In this document: in pieces, positions 12,669 to 24,526 of the stretch
Layout of the letters: each line of letters begins with the position of its first letter
Position numbering within the stretch: position 1 is the first letter of the stretch
NCBI RefSeq assembly: GCF_006345805.1
Contig: NC_042997.1
Coordinates: 199,082,001 to 199,146,000 of the forward strand
Source: Octopus sinensis
Taxonomy: Eukaryota
Direction of reading: 5' to 3'
DNA length: 64,000 nt
Notes under the pieces: model-generated
What the model was told of the DNA's origin: nothing
Database searches by the model: none
What the model saw: only the letters and a program-made list of their open reading frames with translations
Program-made: the position numbers and the translations under genes

Positions 12669-13030
12669 TTACTTCCACCTTAACGAAGGTGGATGAAGTA
12701 TTGTTTTCAGCCGTGTTTGTTTGTCCATGGACAAGATATCTCAAGAACCACTCAATGGATTCAGATGACACTTTCAGGGATGTTTGGCCTCGTGACTGGT
12801 ACAAAGTGATTAGATTTTGGAATCAATCTGGTGCCACACGAGGATTCTGGATTATTCTTCCGGTTATTTCTTAATTTTTGAGAGCGGTCAGGTTCATTTT
12901 TAGTATTCTTCTTTGTAAATGCAGTCTAGTTTATTTCAGACATTCTCATTTTAAAAATCCTCTCTAGCTAATCATTGAGAGGACGTTGGTGTTGCCTTGG
13001 CAGAGGTTTGTGCTCTCTGAGTACTCTTGT
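12669..13030 (+). mobile_element. Helitron2/HINE-like non-autonomous element (copy 1)
   Basis: 5' tacttccaccttaacgaaggtgga and 3' gccttggcagaggtttgtgctctctgagt ends; the ccttggcggagg-type subterminal motif is typical of HINEs. Confidence 0.55.
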
Positions 13031-13032
13031 TG

Positions 13033-13075
<43 letters not shown>

Positions 13076-13427
13076 CATCATCATTATTATTACTATTATT
13101 ATTATTATTATTATTATAGTAGACAGGGTATTGCATTCACAGTCTTGAGATTGTGGTTTCAATTCCTAGACCGAGTGGCGCATTGTGTTCTTGAGCAAGA
13201 CACTTCATCTCTCATTGCTCTGCAATGACCTTTGACTCCTGAATCATAGCACACTGAGCACCTGTTTAGGCAACGTCAGTTTGATGGAGTGGTTGAGCTA
13301 ATTGAACAGCACATACATTTGATCTCTCTAAACAAATCATTTCTGCCGGTCATTCAGCAAAAATGCTGGACACTCATACATTGTTTTCAACTGGAAAATC
13401 CATCATCATCATCATCGCTATTATTAT

Positions 13428-13787
13428 TACTTCCACCTTAACGAAGGCAGAGGTATTGTTTTCAGCCGTGTTTGTTTGTCCATGGACAAGATATCTCAAG
13501 AACCACTGGATGGATTCTGATGAAACTTTCAGGGATGTTTGGCCTTGTGACTGACACAAACTGATTAGATTTTGGAATCAATCTGGTGCCACACGAGGAT
13601 TCTGGATTATTCTTCCAGTTATTTCTTAATTTTTGAGAGCAGTCAGGTTCATTTTTAGTATTCTTCTTTGTAAATGCAGTCTAGTTTATTTCAGATATTC
13701 TCATTTTAAAAATCATCTCTAGCTAATCATTGAGAGGACGTTGGTGTTGCCTTGGCAGAGGTTTGTGCTCTCTGAGTACTCTTGTTG
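13428..13787 (+). mobile_element. Helitron2/HINE-like non-autonomous element (copy 2)
   Basis: Duplicate of 12669-13030. Confidence 0.55.
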
Positions 13788-15969
13788 TTATTATTATTAT
13801 CATTATTATCATTATTATTATTATTATCATCATCATTATTATTACTATTAATATTATTATTATTATTATGCATTGTCAGACAGATGCAAATGCAATTACA
13901 AATTTCAATAAAGCTTCTTACAAAGATCTCTCATTGAGACAATGTTATTAATTTAAATGGTCTTGTACAGTTTAGATTATTCTGAGATAATGATGGCATC
14001 GTTGGACCAAATCAAACTAAATGGCCTCTTGACTCTAATGATAAAAGTTGTCACTTGCAAATAACAGCTTCTCAAAGTTTCCACAATTCTTTAGTTCTAC
14101 ATTGTCATTATTTAGAATCCAAAAAATAGGATTGATGCCATGTTAGTCAGATACCAGATGAACCCTAAATAAATACAACCAGAAGTTAGGTTAGTTTCAA
14201 GGTCATTTTATCAAGACAAACAGCATTTCATCTGTCTTTATGTTCTGAGTTCAAATTCCACCAGGATTGGCTTTACTTTCATCCATTCGGGGTCGATAAA
14301 ATAAGACCCCCCACTGGGGTCGATATAAACATCTTACCTTCTACCCTAAGATTGATGGCCTTGTGCCAAGATTTGAAAGCAATATAAATACATAATACAT
14401 ATATATATATCACCGTGATCAGCGTGACCGACCAGGCTATAAAATGTTGCTACACATCGCTGGTCACCATGCTTTTCACTTTGTTTTAGCCTTCAAATGT
14501 CACCACCCCGCTGGCTAAGCGAGCTGGCCAATATATATATATATATATATATACTAGCAGAGATACCCAGCTTTGCTCGGGATTAAAATGGCATAGATTT
14601 TTATTGTTTTATTTGTTTCATTCATGTGACTGCAGCCATGCTGGAGCACCACTGTTGGTTGAAGAAATCAACCACAGTGGCATTCAAATATTGATCAGCA
14701 GAAGTTTAACAAATGTCACCAATTCAGAAGAGCATGGAAAGATTATGGCACCATTCTTCTCCTCAGATGAGATGATAAAAGAAAAAATATAATTCTAAAT
14801 TCATCCCAAATCTAGGATAATAATATCAAAAGCCTTGACTTAAAACTTATCTCATTTTGAGAGGATTTGCAAAAACAAAAGATCTCTAAAATTCCAATTA
14901 AAATACTAAGTAGTGATTGAATTTTGTGAGTAAAATAATGCAATATGTGTTTTGTTTTAAAATATTTTTTTTCAAATTTATGCATTACAAAGTTATACAA
15001 ACTATATATAATTAGATTTGATAAACTGCACACACACACGTACACACATGCACACACAAATGCACATGTGTGTGGTGATCTGGAAACAAATATGAAAATA
15101 TCCTATGGAGACACTGACAATACATAAATTATTATGCAAAAGAATAAATAACATTTAGAAAAAAAAATCAAGATATATATTTTTTGAAAAAAAAAAGAAG
15201 CTAATCTTGTCTGCAAATTGGAAGAATATAAATATTGAATGGAATTATAATGATGTCATTGGGATGCTATTCTAGAGAACATCACAATCATCAAGAGAAG
15301 AATATATCTCAATATTAATCTTGAGTAGCAATTAAGTGACAGCAACAAAATTTGCCTAATTGTCATCGACGAGCTGCAGAGGGAAAAGAAAAAAAAAACA
15401 TATTTTGTTTATTTTACATATTATAAGCATTATTGTGGAGACAGGCTATTTGTAAGCATTTGTTTAGTATTATTTGCTACTGCTGTTACTAGTTTGTTCT
15501 CTCTCTTTCTTTCCATTCACTATCCATTTATTCGTGTAGTAAAAGCAGACTTTGATTCTAGGATATGTAAAGACTTGGTGAGTGAGAGTTCCAGTGACAT
15601 CAACCAATTGTCATTTGCAAACACAACAGGGGTTTGTGTATTGGAAACACTGTTTTTATTTGGGAACGCGATTCAAACCTGTTTTGGATGTTGTATTGTA
15701 CTCTTCACCAAAGTACAATGACTTACTTTCTCTATTTGAGTTATAGTCCTACTCATGCATTGAAACTGTGTGGTTTCCATTTATAATTAATGTCTAATAA
15801 TATAATATAACAGATAAAAAAAATAACAGAAATTTTTTGTATGTTATATAGCTTGTTTTTGCTAAATTGCTCACATGTGTAGCCGCTAATTTTAAATAAA
15901 GGGTTTCTCTCTCATCTGTTTGGTCAAAGCAATAATCATCTGTCCATTAAAGATATTTGTACAGGTCTA

Positions 15970-16405
15970 CAGGGTGTCCCGAAACTAAGGCAACCAACTT
16001 TTTCCAATTTTGCCAAAGCAAAATATTGTTATATTTTAGATCTGGGCATTGCAATGTACTTGTAAAGGAAACACAATTATGACACTACCACATTTATTCA
16101 ATATGATCACCTCTGTTTTGAATCATAGCCTTAAGTCTCTGTGCAAATGCTTCACATGTGGCACACAGCTGTTCTTGCAGAATCAAAGCCCATTTTGGTG
16201 TAGTTTTGTCTTCAGAGTGTCAAATGAAGCATGAGGAGTACTCAAGACCCTCGTCTCCAAAATGGACCAAACAGAAAAATCTAACGAGTTGAGATTGGGG
16301 CTTCTCGAGGGCTATACATCCTTGCCTGTGAACGAAGGAATGTGCTTCTGAATCCAGCATTGTGTCTGCTTGGGGCTGTGGGATGGTGCCAAGTCCCATT
16401 GGAGG
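15970..16405 (-). pseudogene. Tc1/mariner DD37D (maT-type) transposase C-terminal remnant with terminal inverted repeat
   Basis: Minus translation QWDLAPSHSPKQTQCWIQKHIPSFTGKDV*PSRSPNLNSLDFSVWSILE...(frameshift)WALILQEQLCATCEAFAQRLKAMIQNRGDHIE*; 37 residues between the D of DLAPSH and the D of NSLD; TA|cagggtgtccc end at 15968-15980. Confidence 0.85.
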
Positions 16406-16411
16406 CTCCAA

Positions 16412-16830
16412 GGTACACTTTAAAAGTGCTCATAAGCTTTGAATTAAAATCTTCCACCAAACCTTAGTCACAATTTATGTTCCTAACACTAGCTTAATAA
16501 TAACCAAGTTATTTTACTAAATTCTTTGTTATATTTAAAGTAATTGAAAGACACCCAGAGCATCTCAAAATAAATATGGTAACAAAAGGGTTAACAAATG
16601 TTTAATTTAACCCTTTCATTACCAACCTGGCTGAAACCGGTTCTGGCTCTGTAGTACAAATGTCTTGTTTCCAAAAGTTCTCAATTAAAATCTTCCACCT
16701 TTGTCACAATTTATGTTCCTAACACTAGCTTAATGATAACTAAGTTATTTTAGTAAATTCTTTGTTATATTTAAAGTAATTGAAAGAAACCCAGAGCATC
16801 TCAAAATAAACACAGTAACAAAAGGGTTAA
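16412..16830. mobile_element. Two adjacent piggyBac-like TTAA MITE copies (one truncated)
   Basis: Copy 2: TTAA 16607-16610, ccctttcattac...gtaacaaaaggg, TTAA 16827-16830. Copy 1 shares the body and right end (TTAA 16591-16594). Confidence 0.75.
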
Positions 16831-17642
16831 AGTACTGATGAGCTGCTTCCTGCTGCCACAAACTATGAGCCTTGGATCCTTCAGTCTTAGAGATTCTATG
16901 CAAAGATGATCAGTGCTGTTGTTCCTTCACTGACTCAACAGATGAAGATAGTCTTTCTGTACTGTTGTTCAAGCCAACAGAAAATTCCCAACATGAACTA
17001 CACTCTGCTTTTTACAGAATCAGTAGAGAACGTATTTTCTAACAACGAAGATGTGTAGTCTTTGAGATGCTATAACTGTGTGGTGCTCATACACCAGCAA
17101 TCGGAATGTTTTGCAAAGTTTGGGGAGTTTTAGCAGATTCTTATTTATTGCAAACGTTTATAGAATAAAACAGCATAAACAAATATACACATATGCACTA
17201 ACATAGTCAGAAATCAGTGTGGTGTACATGAAAAGTAGAATAAAACAGGGAAAGTCGACGCTGAAATCTGAGAGTTCATTGTGAGTTATTTGTTGGACAA
17301 TATTTTCACATCTCATCAATTACAATTTGAAAAGAAAACTGTCCAAAATGTGTGGAAATTCTAAACTGCAAATATTTTAAGGCAAATTAACTACACTAAC
17401 ACATAAAACTTCTGTGTGAGGAGCTTCACTACCAAAATAACAACCGTTAACCAGGAGTGGCTGTGTGGTAAGTAGCTTGCTTACCAACTGCATGGTTCCG
17501 GGTTCAGTCCCACTACGTGGCAACTTGGGTAAGTGTCTTCTACTATAGCCTTGGGCCGAGTGGATTTGGTAGACAGAAACTGAAAGAAGCCTGTCGTATA
17601 TATGTGTATATAAATATATAACATTTAAATAATGAGGGATAT

Positions 17643-17677
<35 letters not shown>

Positions 17678-19632
17678 TGCAAATAAGAAAATGGAGGAGA
17701 ACAATAGGTGGTTCATCAACTTTTGGACATTAAAATGTTAACTTATTTATTTATTAAACTGATAATTATAACAACATACATATATATAGCATATTATATT
17801 ATTCTTTGCATATAAGATATAAAATATAATAATATATAAGGATGTATGTATGTATGTGTGTGTAAATGTTTGTCCCCCAACATCACTCGACAACCGATGT
17901 TGGTGTGTTTACGTCCCCAAAACTTAGCAGTTTGGCAAAAAAGACCGGTAGAATGAGTACTAGGCTTACAAATAATAAGTCCTGGGATCGATTTGCTCAC
18001 ACATGACTGCAGTCAAATGACTGAAACAAGTAAAAGAGAGCCTACATGCTGTCTGAGGGAGAATGAACAACAGCTTCATCTCAATAAAAATTAGAATTTC
18101 ACCCCCTCCAAAGTGATATTAAATAATGTGTCTAAGATGTGGAATGAAGAATTTTAACCATGTTATATTTTTGTTGGATATGGAAGATGAATATTCTAAT
18201 AACACCAGAAGTAAAGCATTTTCTATCAAGCCTGAAACTTTCAGTAAATTGTATGAAAACTACTTAATGAAAGGGTACCAAGAAGAAGGCCTAATAGTTG
18301 GGTACTTGTACAATATAATGGGCAGAAGACTGCTCGTGTATATATTCAAAGAGACTATGGATGGCAATATTGACATTGCAAACTGGCTTGCTTATAGCAC
18401 AACCTATAATTAGTATATCCACTTGGCAGAAAATCATAAGTTGACTGTTGCTTAAATATTATGAACAACTTCTAGAGAAGTTGGTTAAACTAATTCTTCT
18501 AAAATTATTGTGAGACTAACAAGGCAGTAACTGATAGGCTGGCTGGTTGAAACAGGTGTGTGATTATATGATGTAAAACTCACAATTTATACAAATGTAC
18601 TCTGAAATTTTAAAAAACTGCTGAAACATTGTGAAACGGTGGTTTGAATACAAAAATGTGTTTTAAACTTTATGCCTCACTCAGAGCTATTACTTTTGAC
18701 CAAAGTCTTCCCCAGAATACCTTGGAATTTTCTCTCACACATTTTTTCTGCAGTTATCATCTTAAAATTACTCTGAGAAAGTCTAATGAGAAACATCTCA
18801 CTAGACTTGCAGGCTCAGCAAAGGTCATGGGAATAGCAGCCTCCTCCAAACTATTCCAATAAAAAAACAAGTAGAAAATACCGATTTCTTCAATTGAAAG
18901 GCTCACAGAGATCTCCTAAACTAATGATGGTAGGATGGATTTCAGCCTGAAGAAATCATCATCCTTGAATGTTCCTGATCCATGCTGACATGGGTTGAAT
19001 TCTTTGACAGGATGAATTCATTGGGCCCAATATCTACTCTGATATGATTTCTATGGATGAATGCCCTTCCCATCACTACCATTTTACAAAGTGTACTGGA
19101 TGCCTTTTGTCATGGAACCAGCATGTGAGCGGTTATTGTTCTCAAAAAAGAAAATGTATTTCTTCAACCCTACATCATTTTAACTCATTCACTAACCCCT
19201 TTCCAAAGTGAACTGGACGTGGATTTATCATGTTCCCCGTAAGATTAAGTCCCCACCACTCCAACTGTTCATTCATTCAAGGCAGTGTGATAGAGAAGGA
19301 AGGTGGAATATAAGCAAGAGCAATGACCAATGAGAAACTAGAATGAGTGCATGAAGGGAGCAAGAAAATGATGGTAGAAGGGTCAAGAAAGTGAGGGATA
19401 ATAATGGATGTGGACTGTAGTAGGTGTTAAAAATGGGTAGCCTAGAAGAGAAAGGGTGAGAGTGCATTGGGTATATGCAGGACTGATGCAATCCCTAATG
19501 TGGTGTGTAAAGAGAAACAAATGTTTCTGTCATGTTGTCTAAGTCTAGCCTAAATTTAATAATTCTGTCATTCATTCAGACTTTCTTAGTTTCATTATCG
19601 ATTTTTCTGCTATCAATATGTCTACTTTACTT

Positions 19633-20065
19633 AGGCAGTGAGCTGGCAGAAACGTTAGCACGCCGGGCGAAATGCGTAGCCGTATTTCGTCTGCCATTAT
19701 GTTCTGAGTTCAAATTTCGCCGAGGTTGACTTTGCCTTTCATCCTTTCGGGGTCAATAAATTAAGTACCAGTTATGCACTAAGGTTGATGTAATCGACTT
19801 AATCCCTTTGTCTGTCCATGTTTGTCCCCTCTATGTTTAGCCCCTTGGGGGCAATAAAGAAATAAGAATTGTTAACATACTGGACAAAATGCTTAGCAGC
19901 ATTTCATCTATCTTTGCATTCTGAGTTCAAATTCTACCAAGGTAGACTTTGCCTTTCATCCTTTCAGGGCTGATAAAATAAGTACCAGTTGAATACAGGG
20001 GTCGATTTATTTGACTTGCCCTCTCAAACCAAGGTTTCTGGCCCTGTGCCAAAATTTGAAACCAA
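19633..20065 (+). mobile_element. SINE family D, two adjacent units
   Basis: Head aggcagtgagctggcag; the central domain occurs twice. Confidence 0.75.
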
Positions 20066-20330
20066 TGTGTCTACTTCACTTATCTCATCTCTGTACTCAT
20101 CTGGAAGAATTCATATCCTAGTCCCTTTGCCTCAGAGGAGTCTGATGGATGTTCTTTTCAATCTCACTTTTTGCACATAACACACATTTATTTGCCTTCA
20201 GTCCAGCATCTCTACAATCTCACCTTTCATTGTGCCAATGCTGTTAGTAGCTGCCTTAAAGATGTAGACCTGGTAGGAGAAGAAAGAGTCATTATAATAT
20301 TGGTTCCTGTGATTGGCCCTTGCTTTTTGT
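20065..20330 (-). mobile_element. Decayed RTE LINE N-terminal APE endonuclease fragment
   Basis: Minus translation ATNSIGTMKGEIVEMLD*RQINVCYVQKVR resembles the APE start (NvGTm...ei...l....dvcc.QEvR). Confidence 0.7.
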
Positions 20331-20887
20331 ACCTGAAAGGAAGATGAAAAATGTGTAGTTACTTAATAACAGTTGGTGAAGTTTTCACATGTTGTGATAT
20401 GCTTCTACCATTAATTGATTTTCTAATATTTCTCCCATCATAACAAATCACAACAAGCAATCCTAATTATTATTATTACAATTATTGAACAAGGTGCGTG
20501 GTAGTTCTAGTTACCTGCTATAGTTTAATATCTGGTAAATGTCATAGGGGAAGTTCGTTGTTAGCATTGACATTTACTCATATGACATGTATATCTGTGG
20601 CAGCAGTATGTATAGGTCAAGACTGCATTAAATGAAGGAGCCTTGTAAGCAAAATAAATAATTTGTGAGTGTATGAAAAAGTAGGATTTTGTGGTGAAGG
20701 AATATACTGTTTATTATGCTATCATCCAACTTCAATCGGTCAGCAGAACAGTGAACATATGTAAAACTTTTCTAAAGTTTAGCATATAGTTATACAGTTA
20801 CATATCTAAACTTCAATGTTAGAGCATAGAAGTTTGTTATTTAGAAACTTACCTTTTCTTTATAGGAGGTATTTTAAATACTTTTAC

Positions 20888-21044
20888 GAGTGGCTGTGTG
20901 GTAAGTAGCTTGCTTACGAACCATATAGTTCCGGGTTCAGTCCCACTGTGTGGCACCTTGGGCAAGTGACTTCTGCTATAGCCTCGGGCCGACCAAACCC
21001 TTGTGAGTGGATTTGGTAGACAGAAACTTAAAAAGAAACCCATC

Positions 21045-21078
<34 letters not shown>

Positions 21079-21287
21079 ATGTCTGTGTGTCTGTGTTTGC
21101 CCCCCACCAACATCACTTGACAACCAATGCTGGTATGTTTACGTCCCCGTAACTTAACGGTTCGGCTAAAGAGACCGATAGAATAAGTACTAGGCTTACA
21201 AAGAATAAGTCCTGGGGTCGATTTGCTTGACTAAAGGTGGTGCTCCAGCATGGCCACAGTCAAATGACTGAAACAAGTAAAAGAGAA
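20888..21287 (+). mobile_element. SINE family A, full length
   Basis: Matches 72-492. Confidence 0.85.
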
Positions 21288-21467
21288 TACCTACACACAC
21301 ATACAGACACACACACTCATACACACACACACACACAATTTCCTACAGTTATCTGTGTTTAAGGTGATATTTATGGCTTTCCTCTTCTAGCATGACTTGA
21401 ATGAGTCAGGAGCAAGTATTTAAAAAAAACTTAATGTCTTTTTTTTGTTGTTAAACTCAGAACAATG

Positions 21468-21520
<53 letters not shown>

Positions 21521-21583
21521 CATACATACATATATATACACATACATATATATATATATATATACATACATATATATACATAC

Positions 21584-21645
<62 letters not shown>

Positions 21646-21652
21646 CATACAT

Positions 21653-21685
<33 letters not shown>

Positions 21686-21801
21686 CATACACACACACAC
21701 ACACATATATATATATACATACATATATATATATATACCTACACACACACATATATATATATACATACACACACACATATATATATATACATACACACAC
21801 G

Positions 21802-21834
<33 letters not shown>

Positions 21835-21835
21835 C
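21468..21835. repeat. Compound (TA)n/(CA)n microsatellite
   Basis: Directly visible; it explains the Y/I/V/C-rich ORFs here. Confidence 0.95.
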
Positions 21836-22902
21836 TTTGGTGAGATTTGTTTAAAGGAAACAACAGTTGCTTTTACCTTCTATTAGGTTTTTATAGAGAC
21901 AGGGTATAAATGGAATGAATGGCTGGAACTAATGGCCTTTTACATTTCTTCTGGTTCCTGTAATAAACCAACAACTAATCAGTGGTTACACGCAATGGAA
22001 CCTTCACTATGTCAACCATTAACGGTTTGACTTCACTCAACCCTCCAAATTTTCAGCTCTGCTTCTCTTCCCCGCATCAATAAAACTGGTCAATAAACTG
22101 TTAGTATTCATTTGCTTTTGTCAATTGCCAGGAGTTTTGTAGTTTTTATTTAACAATTTGTGTTCAATACGAATTAGTGTTAATCAGAATTGTATCACCG
22201 TTTGGTGTGATGATTAAGATTAAAAGTATTGTGTTTATATTGACGAAATAACTACTTTTACAACATTAGTGACAGAAAATTTCCTTTTTCTAGAAGGAAA
22301 AATGAAACGTTGCATAACAGCTGTGAAAAACATTGTCAAAAGAATTATGGAATTTTACATTAGTTTATCGATTTCATATTTATATTTCAGCTTACTGACC
22401 TACATGAAGTGTGATAAATTATTTGTAGACCAACTACTGTTGCATGGATTAATTCTTGTTTGATTAAGATGACACAGATGACTGAAAGAATAGGAGATCT
22501 AAAAAGTTTAGAGAACATTAAAGTAAGACGTTATATGTGATGTTCTGTTTTGTAAATGAATTAGTGTGTATTATGATATAATTTATATTGAACACAAATC
22601 TGTAGATGCAAAAGATTAATTATAAATATTTATGAGGAGAAGATTACTTTCTACATAAGACTGTAGTATACTTCCAAGATAGAGCAAGTACTAATATGCA
22701 TGTCATTTGTTATGGCTCTGTTATTGCAGGGTGGATCAATGATTGCTGATATCAGATAACGAAGATGGGCATCAAGCTTATAATCTGAGGAAGAGTAGAT
22801 CTAATTAAAAAAATGTATTTGGAATTATGGTTTAGTAAGTATTAAGTTTAGATGTGAAAAATGGAATCTATGAATAAATCCAAGTTCCAAATGTAATTAT
22901 TC

Positions 22903-23292
22903 TACTCTCTTTGACTCTTTTACCTGCGGCCATGCTGGAGCACCGCCTTTAGCCGAGCAAATTGACCCCAGGACTTATTCTTTGTAAGTCTAGTACTTAT
23001 CCTATCGGTCTCTTTTGCCGAACCGCTAAGTGACGGGGACGTAAACACACCAGCATCGGTTCTCAAGCGATGTTGGGGGGGACAAACACAGACACACAAA
23101 CATACACACATATATATATACATATATACGACGGGCTTCTTTCTGTTTCCATCTACCAAATCCACTCACAAGGCTTTGGTCGGCCCGAGGCTATAGTAGA
23201 AGACACTTGCCCAAGGTGCCACGCAGTGGGACTGAACCCAGAACCATGTGGTTGATAAGCAAGTTACTTACCACACAGCCACTCCTACGCCT
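22903..23292 (-). mobile_element. SINE family A, full length
   Basis: Reverse complement of family A. Confidence 0.85.
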
Positions 23293-24043
23293 ACTCTAAA
23301 AAAGAAAAAATATTCACTGACAATAACTAAAATACTTTAAAAAAATGTTATCATGTCTAAGATGGAAAAGTTGTTTAACCACAGGTCAGGCTTGCTTAGA
23401 CCTGGGGGTCCTCAAAAGACAAGAATTCTAAAAATATCTCAATTTTCTGTTTCTTTTTTATGCTGAAGCTTCAGTGTGAGGGCCCTACTCCATTTAGTCT
23501 TGAGACATTATGGAATCTCTTCAGACTTGCAATTTCATTCTTCATGTCTATCAAACTGAAAGCACATTTAGCAACTTTATTGTATATGATATGAATTTGT
23601 TGCTTTGTAGCCCAAGGTCAGCTCTGATTAAGGATACTTATGATCAAAAATGTTCCACCGGCCACAAGCACCATGCACTTCTCTCTCAGGCATTCCATAA
23701 TTAGAACAATATAATTATTATAATTTATTGATGTTTTCCACCTACAGACTAGAGCACCCAGGCCAAAGATGCATTAATTTCATAAACGATTCACTTTTTC
23801 ATTAATTACATATCTTTTATTTGTTTCAACCATCAGATGGTGACCATGCTGGGGCACCACCTTCAAGAAATTTTAGGCGAATCAATCAACCCCAGTACAT
23901 TTTTTTTAAAACCTGGTACTTTTTCTATCAGTTTCTTTTGGAAATGGGAACATAAACAAACCAACACCAGTCGTCATGTGGTGGTGGTAGTGTGTGTGTG
24001 TTTGTTTGTGTCTGTATTTGTCTCCGCCACTACATGGCCTGTA

Positions 24044-24088
<45 letters not shown>

Positions 24089-24175
24089 TATTCGAGACAA
24101 AACCACTATTTTGCAAAACAAACAAGGAAAGACTTAATTAATACATAAAATTTTAATAAATAGTCAAAAAAACCG

Positions 24176-24218
24176 CCACTACAATCGTTTCTTGTCTTGA
24201 TCGACAATCTTCAGGTGG
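24176..24218 (-). ncRNA. Minimal type I hammerhead ribozyme motif (mirror copy)
   Basis: Exact reverse complement of 24272-24314 within the palindrome. Confidence 0.8.
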
Positions 24219-24271
24219 ACTTCCAATAATTCAGTGTCAAATTCATAATTTGACACTGAATTATTGGAAGT

Positions 24272-24314
24272 CCACCTGAAGATTGTCGATCAAGACAAGA
24301 AACGATTGTAGTGG
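24272..24314 (+). ncRNA. Minimal type I hammerhead ribozyme motif
   Basis: ccac-CUGAAGA-UUGUC-gaucaa-GACAA-GAA-AC-gauu-GU-A-gugg: 4-bp stem I, 5-bp stem II, 2-bp stem III, GUA triplet at 24308-24310. Confidence 0.8.
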
Positions 24315-24489
24315 CGGTTTTTTTGACTATTTATTAAAATTTTATGTATTAATTAAGTCTTTCCTTGTTTGTTTTGCAAAATAGTGGTTTTGTCTCGAAT
24401 AATATTTTATAATATTTTACTATAAAATCGATTTAATCCTAAATCTGATTTTTTTCCCTGTAAATTTGGATTTATTCCCTAATATTTAT

Positions 24490-24526
<37 letters not shown>

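Larger units (their letters stand above)
12360..13870. repeat. Tandem duplication of about 758 bp bounded by (ATT)n runs
   Basis: Unit 1 12360-13117 and unit 2 13118-13870 align end to end with scattered substitutions. Confidence 0.95.
24079..24495. mobile_element. Penelope-like pseudo-LTR fragment forming a perfect 333-bp palindrome, inserted in (TA)n
   Basis: Arms 24079-24243 and 24247-24411 with a 3-nt loop; HHR motif in each arm; TA runs on both flanks. PLE assignment is inferred from the HHR and the inverted arrangement. Confidence 0.7.

Noticed and set aside
18126-18413. 95-aa plus-strand ORF
   Set aside because: No recognisable domain or splice support; it has a faint resemblance to decayed RTE sequence, and its length is within chance expectation.
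20224-20332. Apparent minus-strand 109-nt exon (strong acceptor, AAG|GTGAGA) with an FN3/Ig-like YIFKAATNSIG
   Set aside because: The frame runs on into GEIVEMLD*RQINVCYVQKVR, a decayed RTE APE N-terminus, so the splice-like signals are coincidental.
21420-21863. Long Y/I/V/C-rich ORFs (also 1505-2032, 29968-30244, 37694-38263, 45056-45293, 12986-13228)
   Set aside because: These are translations of microsatellites.
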